Assembly: GCA_021819825.1 (NCBI GenBank)
Contig: JAKAEZ010000006.1
Location: 33,404 to 97,403, forward strand
Direction: 5' to 3'
Source of the DNA: Planctomycetota bacterium
Lineage (GTDB): Bacteria > Planctomycetota > Phycisphaerae > WQYP01
Length of the DNA stretch: 64,000 nucleotides
Below, one piece after another: positions 20,501-29,112 of this stretch (the stretch's first letter is position 1; every line of letters begins with the position of its first letter). A program made the translations under genes and the position numbers. The notes under the pieces were generated by a model. It saw only the letters and a list, made by a program, of their open reading frames with translations, was not told the DNA's origin and did not search any database.

Positions 20501-20864
20501 CCCGGCGGGAGTGTGGTGCCTTAACAGTGCATACTTCATGTTGCCGCCGCTGGGGTTTTCTCTCAGCTACATTCTCGGAGTGCTGAATTCCCGGTTGATA
20601 AAGTTCTATTTCAATCTGATCGCACAGACAAGCGGCATGGGCGTTACTCGTTGGATAAACGTTTACGTTGAGAAATTCCCGATTCCCACCGCGCCGTCGG
20701 AGGAGCAGGGAGCAGTGGAGCGGCTGGTTGACCGCATTTTAGCGGCTAAGGAAGAAATGGTCTCTCCGGACACCAGCTCGCTGGAACGCGAGATCGACCA
20801 GCTTGTCTACCAACTTTACAACCTGACGCCGGAAGAAATTGCGATTGTTGAGGGGGCGGGGTAG
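17547..20864 (+). CDS. Eco57I/Type IIG-like N6-adenine DNA methyltransferase with C-terminal target-recognition domain
   Basis: Motifs FLNGGLF, DPEMLGKVFENLL, GSFYTPREIV, DPAIGSGAF (motif I), LYGVDID and VIGNPPY (motif IV). TaqI-C-like tail EIDQLVYQLYNLTPEEIAIVE. Confidence 0.92.
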   Translation: MNRDQARQLVKNTFKQKFDKGRFTTFIGNLLNHIDVSNATSCNFRRIKDAYKPHVDLSQRIGTYTSPDNQLLDVLVVRLTSQAKLIRTRAAIRNFVADYLAGEGKHAALVAFVSPSENAWRFSYVKMEYATVEKSSGDVGVEARLTPARRFSYLVGPGESCHTAQTRFLDLLQNTQTNPQLEDIEEAFSVEAVTKEFFAGYKDLALEVKEELDRLAAGDNAIRDEFAACQISTIGFAKKLMGQIVFLYFLQKKGWLGVAKDAPWGTGPHNFLRKLADGDFGQRANFFDDMLEPLFYGTLAKDRGHEAFCERFDCRIPFLNGGLFEPLNNYNWRKTEILLPNRLFTNDVAVEEGITGTGILDVFDRYNFTVNEAEPLEKEVAIDPEMLGKVFENLLEVKERKSKGSFYTPREIVHYMCQESLINYLDTAVNGECDTGIPACTPSKTPSQAQETQTGMSVLPQPQTQTGMSVPRCDIETFIHEGDRIADYDAVKANHGIELPAAIKTHARLLDDKLAAITVCDPAIGSGAFPVGMMQEIVRARSALTPYCNDVHDRTAYHFKRHAIQNCLYGVDIDPGAVEIAKLRLWLSLVVDEEDVRQIKPLPNLDYRVVVGNSLLGFLFRSVRVQKIEELKARFFGETDYDAKMRLKTEIDGQLSQAFANSKRSLGYEVNFDFQTVFSEVFRGGGFDVVIGNPPYVSHEHIREMKTALREASEVYSPFADIYCYFIEKAVRVLAKKGVLAFITSNSYIKADYGAKLREYLGKHTNILQLLSVERSQIFDTAIVNVAILLATKAQPVEGATAYVINSAWNSASFRRFVRAAGFEVPRSVFNSCTWALAHANVQELRARVEANGKALISLGAKIRLGIATGRNDAFLLTAAARDALLDMDGRNGDVIVPVVRGRDIERYGKIEPGTYLIAARNGVNIKRDYPTLYRHFESFGASFRSRGAQGQEWWNLRACSFYDDFDCERIVWIELSNEARFTRCPAGVWCLNSAYFMLPPLGFSLSYILGVLNSRLIKFYFNLIAQTSGMGVTRWINVYVEKFPIPTAPSEEQGAVERLVDRILAAKEEMVSPDTSSLEREIDQLVYQLYNLTPEEIAIVEGAG
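18844..18960. repeat. Cluster of three REP-like palindromes inserted in frame in the methyltransferase
   Basis: ACAGACAGGAATGTCTGTGCTAC (18902-18924), ACAGACAGGAATGTCTGTGCCAC (18938-18960) and an inverted copy GTGACACAGGCATTCCTGCCTGT (18844-18866). Each is an imperfect hairpin with a GTAG/GTGG-type foot. Confidence 0.8.
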
Positions 20865-21105
20865 GCGGGACCCTACGGGGAGTATTATAGGAACAAGGCC
20901 GAGTATCCCGGCGGCACGATCCGGCCGAGCGGTTAACGGCGGCCACGGGCAAATGTCGGCGGGAAGCCCGGTGAAAACTATATGATGCCAGGCCACTTTC
21001 GGTTACACTGAAAGACGGAAACAGGGTGCACGGTGGCGTACTGCCTCCCGCTGGCGGTTTTCGGTCACCGTACACCGCGGTGGAAAAGATGTAACGGGTT
21101 ATGTT

Positions 21106-22176
21106 ATGCAATGCGTATTAGAGCCAACCTCCAAACCAGCAGAGGACCGCAGGATTGGTGCCTTATGGATGCGGTCTATCAGGTTTGCGGGATTGGCGAG
21201 GGTACTTCATCTGTTCGGTGGACGCCACGCCGAATTCAAAGCTAAAGATCTTAATTATCGCATCATCGAAACGGGGGCGTACCAGACTGAGCGTCGCACT
21301 CAGCCGTCAACGACCACGCTTTACCATTGTCGGAACACACTCCTGCAGATCGGGGCACTAACCAAGGCGGATGGTCATTATCGCCTGGCACAGAGGCCCG
21401 AAATTGAAACGATTCTCTCGAACACCGAACCCAGCACGGAGAAGCTCAACTGGGAGGCTTGCAACGCATTTGCAGACTTGGTACTGCAGAATACGGATTG
21501 CCAGACCGCGTTTTTCTCCCTTTTCAGCCGACAAGGGTGGCTACGCAGTGCCGCCGATTTCCGAGAGGGTGCGATTCCCGTATCTTGGCGGTCCACGCAG
21601 GCTCAGGGTAGTCGTGACCGCTTAGGAGTAATCCTCGAATCGGAGGGAAGCGGTGAACACCGCTCCCTAGCGACCAAACGCGTGACTATTGGCGGTAACC
21701 GGAGCCAAGATATCTGCAGCATACTTTACGGCGTGCGGTACTGGGCGAGGGACGAACTTCGCCTGGTCGATGAGTATTTTAGCCTTGGCCGAGGCTCGGT
21801 CATGTTCCCCATCCGGGCGGAGAACACGGAGGCCGCTACGGTAGTGGTAATGGATAGGATAATCAAGTCCGTCGCAGAAGATAGGGCTTGGACAAGATTT
21901 TCGCTGCAGGATATGATCAGCCGCTACTGTGTTGGGGAGCGGTACGCACTCGCGGCATTGCATTTGGCAATAAAAAAACTTGTCGCATCCGCACCCGGCA
22001 AGGTAGTGCTGATTCCCTCGGCGGAGTCGTTTGCCGCGAATACGCTCTCGGCCACATTTCCGGGAACACGGGCACACGAGTTGGGAAGCTATTACAGGGA
22101 TGGCTCCGGTAGGTTGATCTCCCACATACGATTGCATGTTTCAATTGCAAGGATGAATTATGCCCAGTCCGCTTGA
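21106..22176 (+). CDS. Hypothetical protein, possibly with several winged-helix DNA-binding domains
   Basis: 356-aa ORF (alternative ATG at 21169) overlapping the next gene by 17 bp. Helix-plus-wing-like segments TTLYHCRNTLLQIGALTKADGHY and ILYGVRYWARDELRLVDE. The fold call is inference. Confidence 0.65.
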   Translation: MQCVLEPTSKPAEDRRIGALWMRSIRFAGLARVLHLFGGRHAEFKAKDLNYRIIETGAYQTERRTQPSTTTLYHCRNTLLQIGALTKADGHYRLAQRPEIETILSNTEPSTEKLNWEACNAFADLVLQNTDCQTAFFSLFSRQGWLRSAADFREGAIPVSWRSTQAQGSRDRLGVILESEGSGEHRSLATKRVTIGGNRSQDICSILYGVRYWARDELRLVDEYFSLGRGSVMFPIRAENTEAATVVVMDRIIKSVAEDRAWTRFSLQDMISRYCVGERYALAALHLAIKKLVASAPGKVVLIPSAESFAANTLSATFPGTRAHELGSYYRDGSGRLISHIRLHVSIARMNYAQSA

Positions 22177-23317
22177 GCGCCTTCAACTAAAGTTCAATCC
22201 CTTCGAGCCGTCCGGAAGCGGCGCTCCGGCTTCAGAGAAGGAGCCGTGGCTTCCGGAAAGGTGGAAGCAGAAGCTTAAGAAATATTTCGAGCAATTGGGT
22301 GTGGGGGAGGGGATCAGGCCCCTTGCCGTGGTTGGGGAGTACGGCAGCGGGAAAAGTTATCTGTTGCATTGGTTGGATCAACATGAGTTCCCGCGTCGGC
22401 GCGTGCAGAGCTATTACTTTAATGACCCCGGCGTGCAGTTCTACGACTTGGCAAACCAATTTTTGCGGCGCCTTGGACGAAAGCACTTTTCCAAACTGGT
22501 GTGGGAGCTTGCGCAGCCACATGTCATGCACAGGCAACTTACTCTCTTTACCGGGACCTACGAAGACTTTCTGGGATCGTTTAGACAAAAGGATAGGCCC
22601 AAGCTAGAGCAGCAGATCCAGGCGGCGCTCATTGCAGCCAAGGTAACAACGGATGAAGAGATAGCCAGTCGCCTTGCCCAGATTGTTATGGATACCCCTA
22701 ACAAGCCGTATTTTGAGTACCGCGATTTTGTTCCCGGCACGGCGCGATCGGTCGTCGCGGAGCATCAAGGGGCCAACTACTTCGGTGCATTGCTCCGAAC
22801 GTTGCGATTGGCCGCGGGCGTGGAGAAGGTAGCGTTCTTGATAGACGAGTTCGAGGAGATTTCTCTTCACCGTAATATCACCGCCGCTGCATCCCAAGAC
22901 TACCGCGTCACTCTGAAGAGGCTTATTGATCTGACAGATGCGGGCGAACTTTGGCTCGTGTTATCGCTGACGCACGATGGAGCAGAAAAGACCAAACAGC
23001 TCGACCAAGCATTATGGAGTCGAATGTTCGAGTTCACAGTCGACCCGCTCGAGGATGATGAGGCTTACGATTTGGTCAAGAACCGTTTGGCCGATGCACG
23101 TCCGGACGAGTTAAAGCCGAAGCACGATCTATTCCCCTTCGATCCAGGCTTCATGGCAGATCTTCGGCCGGTCACGAGATCCATTCCCCGATCCATCGTT
23201 AAGGTGTGTTCTGCCGCAATAAGCCAGGCCGCGAGCCGGAACAAAAAATCTATAAGTAACGTGGACGTGCTAGCCGTGGAGGAGAATCTCTTCCCGGTAA
23301 GTGGTGGAGAAAGATAA
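22160..23317 (+). CDS. AAA+ P-loop ATPase
   Basis: Walker A GEYGSGKS, Walker B FLIDEFE, sensor-1-like LVLSLT, Arg-finger-like ALWSR, sensor-2-like PRSIVKVC. Confidence 0.88.
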   Translation: MPSPLERLQLKFNPFEPSGSGAPASEKEPWLPERWKQKLKKYFEQLGVGEGIRPLAVVGEYGSGKSYLLHWLDQHEFPRRRVQSYYFNDPGVQFYDLANQFLRRLGRKHFSKLVWELAQPHVMHRQLTLFTGTYEDFLGSFRQKDRPKLEQQIQAALIAAKVTTDEEIASRLAQIVMDTPNKPYFEYRDFVPGTARSVVAEHQGANYFGALLRTLRLAAGVEKVAFLIDEFEEISLHRNITAAASQDYRVTLKRLIDLTDAGELWLVLSLTHDGAEKTKQLDQALWSRMFEFTVDPLEDDEAYDLVKNRLADARPDELKPKHDLFPFDPGFMADLRPVTRSIPRSIVKVCSAAISQAASRNKKSISNVDVLAVEENLFPVSGGER

Positions 23318-24144
23318 TGAAGCCGGATGAGACTGGAAGGACGCCCCCGCAACCGACCGCGCCATCACCGATCCTTTTTTTGGACACAAATGGAATCCAC
23401 TACGCGCGGCTTGCATTGTCGCTCGCGAGAACGCAACACCGAAAAATTCTGAAGATGGATAATGATGAGTTCAAGGCCGCGATCAAGCGGGCCAGGGTCT
23501 GGAAGGGATCGGAAAAACCCTACATGGACGGTTTTGCCATTGGTCACTATTTAGCAAAGCGCGTCGACGAGAGTGATGCCCGCGTTCAATACGCACCTGT
23601 CAGCGGGTTTGAGTTGCTATGCGGAGGCCTACGCGGCAGGGCCATCGTAAATGCTGCCAGAGGTAGGGTACCCAATCGGTGGTACAGCCGGTTGGACGAG
23701 GCCGAGTTGCTGCACTACCTCAACCCTGGCGACTTCGCTAAAAACGATTCCGACCGCATGGGCATATCCGATCTCTTTCAGGGCCAACTTGGCTTCACCG
23801 TCGGCGAGGCGGATGAGCGCGACATCGGGAGGGTCTTCGACTTGTCAAAATCCATATTAAAAGCCACGTTTCTCGAGATTGGCGACTGTTTGGTATACGC
23901 TAGTTCAATGCTCGCGCGAGCCGAGGCGGTAATTACCTGCGACTCGCACTTGGCAAACGTGATCCGCTCGGTGGAGAACCCGGGATCAAATCCAGAGCTT
24001 GCCAAGCAGTTTAACCGCGCGAGCAAGATCATCCGCGAATGCGTGGCAGCGATATTAGAGGTTCAGGCATCACAGGTGTCGCTACCAAAAGCGCTGAAGA
24101 TCAAGGATATGACGCAAAAAAAATCCCAAAGAGGTGCCGGGTGA
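23317..24144 (+). CDS. Large PIN-domain protein (putative nuclease)
   Basis: Four acidic PIN motifs in the expected order: LFLDTN, SGFEL, IGDCLVYAS, VITCD. TAATG overlap with the ATPase. Confidence 0.7.
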   Translation: MKPDETGRTPPQPTAPSPILFLDTNGIHYARLALSLARTQHRKILKMDNDEFKAAIKRARVWKGSEKPYMDGFAIGHYLAKRVDESDARVQYAPVSGFELLCGGLRGRAIVNAARGRVPNRWYSRLDEAELLHYLNPGDFAKNDSDRMGISDLFQGQLGFTVGEADERDIGRVFDLSKSILKATFLEIGDCLVYASSMLARAEAVITCDSHLANVIRSVENPGSNPELAKQFNRASKIIRECVAAILEVQASQVSLPKALKIKDMTQKKSQRGAG

Positions 24145-25415
24145 TCGAGAATCGGAAAGAATGGAGCGCATGGGTTACGCCGCGCGCACTGCGATCAGAA
24201 CCAATCCACCGCTGGTACACGTTCCCGCATAGTTTCACGCACCAATTGGTCGATGCCTTGGCAGAGGAGTGGGGGCTTGGGGGCCACGACCTTATTTTGG
24301 ACCCTTTTGTCGGGGCTGGAACGACCGTCCTCGCGGCGAAGCTCGGTGGTATTCCCGCCGTAGGGCACGATCTTTCTCCGCTTGCCGTGTTCGTGAGCCG
24401 TGTTAAATCAACCCATTACAGCCTACCGGAAGTGCAGAAGGCATGGAACGGGCTTCTGCCGCGGCTTGTGCCGGGCAACTGGGATATGCCGCAGGGAGCG
24501 TATCCCCAGCTAGTAATCCGCGCACTTCCGTCGAAATTGCTGGGTGCATTCGAAGGGATCAGCAGCGGGATCGGCAGGATGCGTTGCCCGGAGGCGACAA
24601 AAGATCTTTTTCGGCTGGCTCTCCTCGCGACCATACCTGATTTTAGCCAGGCCGTTGCAACCGGCGGCTGGCTTTCTTGGGTTGGGAAGCGGCGTACCAA
24701 GGCGGAACTCGTTCCGGCATTCAGGCTACGGATGCAGAAAATACTGGAGGACATCCGCGAGTCGCCAGCACCTTGCAATGGAAACTGGCCTGTTTCATGC
24801 GCTGACGCCCGGAAACTTCCGGAGGCTGACTCGACGGTCAGTGCGGTGATTACGTCACCCCCGTACCCAAACCGGCATGATTACACGCGCGTTTTCGGGG
24901 TCGAGTTGATGTATGGCTTTTTGGATTGGGAGCGAACTCGAGATCTCCGCCGCCAGAGTTTTCAATCCCACCCCGAATCGCGGCCGGACCGGCCAACTTC
25001 AACTGAGTACTTCCCGCCACCGCGCCTTATAAAACTTCTCCGCGAGCTGAAGGAAGCTGGCGTTGAGGAAAAAATTACGGGGATGATCAGCGGCTATTTT
25101 CTGGACATATTCTTATGTCTCCGCGAACTCCGACGGGTCTGCAAGCCGAACGCTCCGATAGCCCTAGTCCTGGGTAATGCCCGTTACGCCGGAGTTCCGG
25201 TGATCGTTGACGAGCTGACGGCAACAATTGGGGAGCAGGCGGGCTTACGTTGCGAACGCATCAGAGCAGTCCGATTTCGAGGAAACAGCGCCCAACAAAT
25301 GGGGGCCTATGGGAGATCGCCGTCCCGTGAGAGCGTCATCATTTTCCGGAACGGCAAAGATAGGGTCACAAATCGGGAAGGTAATCCGTCGTATCGCCGC
25401 TCGGGCCGGGAATGA
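24141..25415 (+). CDS. Amino-DNA methyltransferase, probably N4-cytosine, alpha-type motif order
   Basis: PIHRWYTFPHSF, then motif I LDPFVGAGTT preceding motif IV ITSPPY. GTGA overlap with the PIN gene stop, after GAGG. Confidence 0.88.
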   Translation: MIENRKEWSAWVTPRALRSEPIHRWYTFPHSFTHQLVDALAEEWGLGGHDLILDPFVGAGTTVLAAKLGGIPAVGHDLSPLAVFVSRVKSTHYSLPEVQKAWNGLLPRLVPGNWDMPQGAYPQLVIRALPSKLLGAFEGISSGIGRMRCPEATKDLFRLALLATIPDFSQAVATGGWLSWVGKRRTKAELVPAFRLRMQKILEDIRESPAPCNGNWPVSCADARKLPEADSTVSAVITSPPYPNRHDYTRVFGVELMYGFLDWERTRDLRRQSFQSHPESRPDRPTSTEYFPPPRLIKLLRELKEAGVEEKITGMISGYFLDIFLCLRELRRVCKPNAPIALVLGNARYAGVPVIVDELTATIGEQAGLRCERIRAVRFRGNSAQQMGAYGRSPSRESVIIFRNGKDRVTNREGNPSYRRSGRE

Positions 25416-25772
25416 ATGCGAATTACCACGCCTGTCAGTCAATTATTGCCCGAGAAATGTGACGGGGACGTAACTGGATTATAAAATTGGCGACGGCATT
25501 CACGGTTGCTGAATTGTGCGGCGGCTATCGCCGCGGAGCAGGCGAATTTGGAGCAGGGGAGCAGGGGAGCACTTATGGCGGGCGGCGCTGCGCTTAATGA
25601 ATAATGAATAATGGGACGCGGTGCGGGGCACTGCTTAATGGTTTTGGGTTGCGGATCGCGTTGGGTTAGGGGGGGGGGACGCGGGCACGATGCCCGCGGC
25701 TTAATGGGCGGCGGCGGGGTGGCGGATACCACGGGTACTTGCTTCCTGTTGCCTATTGCGCTAGGATGTGTC

Positions 25773-25793
25773 ATATACCCCATGGGGGTATAT
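25773..25793. promoter_or_regulatory. CsoR operator
   Basis: ATATACCCCATGGGGGTATAT is a pseudo-palindrome with C/G tracts flanked by ATA/TAT, the established CsoR/RcnR operator form, 20 bp upstream of csoR. Confidence 0.85.
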
Positions 25794-25812
25794 AAGACGG
25801 AGTAGCGCTTCT

Positions 25813-26214
25813 ATGCCTAAGAATGTGAAAAGCCGAAACTTAGAACCCAGGCCGGCCGAACAACATGGCCGTTCTCCTGGCCCGGCTGACCGGCCTCTAC
25901 CGAAATTGCGGCGGTTTGGCCCCGGAGGGAACGCTTTCGCGGTGGATGCGGATAAGAAGAGGGCCAACCTCCATCGCCTCAAAAGAATTGAAGGCCAAAT
26001 TCGCGGTGTGCATGAGATGGTGCAACAGGACCGGTACTGCGCGGATATTCTTATTCAGATTGCCGCCGCGCAAAAGTCTCTTTCGGGTGTCGCACGGCAA
26101 TTGCTGGCTAATCATCTCAAGCATTGTGTTGCGCATGAGATTCGGGCCGGCGGGGCGCAGGCTGATGCCGCCTGCGAGGAACTTGTGAAACTCATATCTC
26201 ATCTGGACCATTAA
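25813..26214 (+). CDS. csoR: Copper-sensing repressor, CsoR/RcnR family
   Basis: [11 protein letters not shown]...[11 protein letters not shown]...HLKHC carries the Cys-His-Cys ligands. Directly upstream of the Cu ATPase. Exact start uncertain. Confidence 0.9.
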   Translation: MPKNVKSRNLEPRPAEQHGRSPGPADRPLPKLRRFGPGGNAFAVDADKKRANLHRLKRIEGQIRGVHEMVQQDRYCADILIQIAAAQKSLSGVARQLLANHLKHCVAHEIRAGGAQADAACEELVKLISHLDH

Positions 26215-26230
26215 GCGGAAGAAGGAAACT

Positions 26231-28921
26231 ATGAATACCGTGAATATAACAACTGATACATCATTGCAGGGCAGCCAGACGCTTGACCCAGTCTGTGGCA
26301 TGAAGATAACGCCCGAAAAGGCGGCAGCGCACCGTGAGCATGGCGGCCAGACCTATTATTTCTGTGGTAAAAGCTGCCTGGAGAAATTCCTGCTTCACCC
26401 GGAGCAATACGTGAAAGCAAGCGTTGTCGCTCAGACGGCGATTGATCCAGTCTGCGGCATGAATGTTGCGCGGGAAACTGCGCGGGGGAAATGGGAGCAT
26501 CGGGGTGTTACCTATTATTTCTGTTGCAAAGGGTGTTTAGAAAAATTCCAGAGCGATCCGGAAAAATATCTCAATAAGCAGCCATTAAAGCCAGGGGGTG
26601 GCGGCCTGGTGCAACTGGGAGTTTCCGCAAAAACGATGAGGACAACGCCCGCCGCCGCGTTGACCGCTGGTCCGGCAGCGCCGCTTGGGGCCGCAAATCA
26701 CCAATACATCTGTCCGATGGATCCGGAAATTCACAGTGATAAACCGGGAGCGTGCCCCAAGTGCGGCATGGCCCTGGAACTTGATTTGTCATCGCCGCCT
26801 GCCCGCAAGGCAATGCGTTATACCTGCCCGATGGATCCGGAAATTATCCGTACTGAACCGGGCGCGTGCCCCAAGTGCGGTATGGCCTTGGAGCCAATGG
26901 AAGTTCAATCGGCTGGCGAACCGGAGAATCCGGAATTAGTGGATATGTCCCGGCGTTTCCGCATTGGCCTGGCACTGGCGGTGCCGGTGTTTATATTATC
27001 CATGCTGGCAGATTTAAAAATTGCCCATCTCAACACGTCGGCGTGGGTAAACTGGGTCAACCTTCTCTTATCTACACCGGTGGTGTTCTGGTGCGGCATG
27101 CCCTTTTTTGTGCGGGCGTGGGCTTCGATTAAAACCTGGCATCTCAACATGTTTACGCTGATCGGGTTAGGCGTGGGCGTGGCGTATGTGTACAGCTTTG
27201 TTGCCACGCTGGTGCCGCAAATTTTTCCCCCGGCATTTCAGGTTCATCCCGGCCTGGTGGCGACATACTTTGAAGCTGCCGCCGTGATTGTCGTGCTGGT
27301 GTTGCTGGGGCAAATGCTGGAGTTGCGGGCACGCGGCAAAACCGGCGCGGCCATCCGGGAATTATTGGATTTATCGCCCAAAAGTGCCCGGCGTATTGCC
27401 GCCGACGGCAATCAACAGGATGTGCCGCTGGAACAGATTGCCGTGGGGGATAAACTCCAAGTGCGCCCCGGGGAAAGACTCCCCGTTGATGGAATCGTGC
27501 TGGAAGGTTCCAGTACCGTCGATGAATCCATGATTTCCGGGGAACCCATTCCTGTGCTCAAGGCGACGGGGGACAAAGTCATTGGGGGCACGGTGAATGG
27601 CACCGGCGGCCTGGTGATGGAGGCGCAAAAAGTCGGGGCCGATACGCTGTTAGCGCAAATTGTGGCGTTGGTTTCCCAGGCACAGCGCAGCCGTGCGCCG
27701 ATTCAACGTCTGGCTGATAAAGTTGCCGGAATTTTTGTGCCCGCGGTGGTAGGCTCGGCAATTCTGACGTTTATTTTATGGTCCCTATTTGGCCCCGCTC
27801 CGGCGATGGCCTATGCGCTGGTAAATGCGGTGGCGGTGGTGATGATCGCCTGCCCCTGCGCCCTGGGGTTGGCCACACCGATGTCCATCATGGTGGGTGT
27901 TGGCCGGGCGGCCCAATCGGGCGTGCTGATAAAAAACGCGGAAGTTCTTGAAGTCATGGAAAAAATTGACACCATCGCACTGGATAAAACCGGTACGTTG
28001 ACACAGGGCCATCCGAAGGTGGTAACACTTCAGCCGCAGCCGGGCGTTTCCGCTGATGATTTGCTTCAATTGGCCGCTTCGTTGGAGCGTGGCAGCGAGC
28101 ATCCGCTGGCGGCAGCCATTGTTTCCGCGGCCCAAACCCGGGGCATGCCGCTATTGCCGGTTGAGGAATTTCAATCCACCAGCGGACAGGGTGTCTGTGG
28201 CAAAATCAAGGGGCAGAATGTGGCCATCGGCAATGCGGCACTGATGCAGCAACTGCGGATTCCCATTGAATCCGTGTCACAACAAGAGGAAGTTCTGCGC
28301 AGCACCGGTCAAACAATTATGTATGTGGCGGCGGAGGGAAATTTTATGGGTCTCTTGGGTACGCAAGATCCGCTGCGTCCCGGTGCCGCGGAAATGGTTA
28401 AGCGTATAAAGTCTCTGGGCCTGTCTGTGGTTATGATCACCGGTGATAACGAGGCCACGGCCAAGGCCGTTGCCCGTCGCGTGGGTATTGACGCGGTCGA
28501 AGCGAATACTTTACCGCAGCAAAAAGCCGAGGCGGTGCGCCGCCTGCAAAGTCAGGGACGAAAAGTGGCTCTGGCGGGCGACGGCATTAATGACGCGCCC
28601 GCCCTGGCGCAGGCGGATGTGGGTATTGCCATGGGTACCGGTACGGATGTCGCAATCGCCAGTGCCGGTGTGACATTACTGCACGGAGATTTAGCCGGCA
28701 TACTCCAGGCGCGACACATAAGCATCGCGACGATGCGGAATATCCGGCAGAATCTTTTATGGGCATTTGGTTACAACATTCTGGGAATACCGGTTGCCGC
28801 GGGTATTTTGTATCCATTTTTCGGCATTCTTCTAAGCCCCATGATCGCCGCGGCAGCGATGAGCTTCAGTAGCGTATCGGTTATTGCCAATTCTCTGCGG
28901 CTGCGAAAACTGAAACTGTAG
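26231..28921 (+). CDS. copA: Cu(I)-exporting P1B-type ATPase with two YHS and two CPM-CPxCGM metal-binding domains
   Basis: DPVCGM...YYFC twice, CPMDPEI...CPKCGM twice, CPC, DKTGT, SEHPL, GDGIND, YN and MxxSS. Confidence 0.95.
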   Translation: MNTVNITTDTSLQGSQTLDPVCGMKITPEKAAAHREHGGQTYYFCGKSCLEKFLLHPEQYVKASVVAQTAIDPVCGMNVARETARGKWEHRGVTYYFCCKGCLEKFQSDPEKYLNKQPLKPGGGGLVQLGVSAKTMRTTPAAALTAGPAAPLGAANHQYICPMDPEIHSDKPGACPKCGMALELDLSSPPARKAMRYTCPMDPEIIRTEPGACPKCGMALEPMEVQSAGEPENPELVDMSRRFRIGLALAVPVFILSMLADLKIAHLNTSAWVNWVNLLLSTPVVFWCGMPFFVRAWASIKTWHLNMFTLIGLGVGVAYVYSFVATLVPQIFPPAFQVHPGLVATYFEAAAVIVVLVLLGQMLELRARGKTGAAIRELLDLSPKSARRIAADGNQQDVPLEQIAVGDKLQVRPGERLPVDGIVLEGSSTVDESMISGEPIPVLKATGDKVIGGTVNGTGGLVMEAQKVGADTLLAQIVALVSQAQRSRAPIQRLADKVAGIFVPAVVGSAILTFILWSLFGPAPAMAYALVNAVAVVMIACPCALGLATPMSIMVGVGRAAQSGVLIKNAEVLEVMEKIDTIALDKTGTLTQGHPKVVTLQPQPGVSADDLLQLAASLERGSEHPLAAAIVSAAQTRGMPLLPVEEFQSTSGQGVCGKIKGQNVAIGNAALMQQLRIPIESVSQQEEVLRSTGQTIMYVAAEGNFMGLLGTQDPLRPGAAEMVKRIKSLGLSVVMITGDNEATAKAVARRVGIDAVEANTLPQQKAEAVRRLQSQGRKVALAGDGINDAPALAQADVGIAMGTGTDVAIASAGVTLLHGDLAGILQARHISIATMRNIRQNLLWAFGYNILGIPVAAGILYPFFGILLSPMIAAAAMSFSSVSVIANSLRLRKLKL

Positions 28922-29112
28922 CCTGACGCGGCAGCGTCATGGTTTGATGCGGAGTGGGGCGGCGGGCGAAAACACAGTCCAGTTCGGCACGCAGTGTACG
29001 CATCGTGACGGGGGAAGCGCATGGTGTCACAGGAACGTAATCCGCAAAAAACTCAACGCTGCCGCATTGAGCTAATCACACGGCATGGTTGGGATGGGCA
29101 TCGCCGCGCCGA

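Noticed and set aside
20861-20876. GTAGG-N6-CCTAC hairpin at the methylase stop as a terminator or REP
   Set aside because: The stem is only 5 bp with no U-tract, too weak to call.
12871-25415. Complete DISARM or BREX system
   Set aside because: No DrmA/DrmB (DUF1998), PglZ, BrxL or large BrxC-type ATPase is recognisable.
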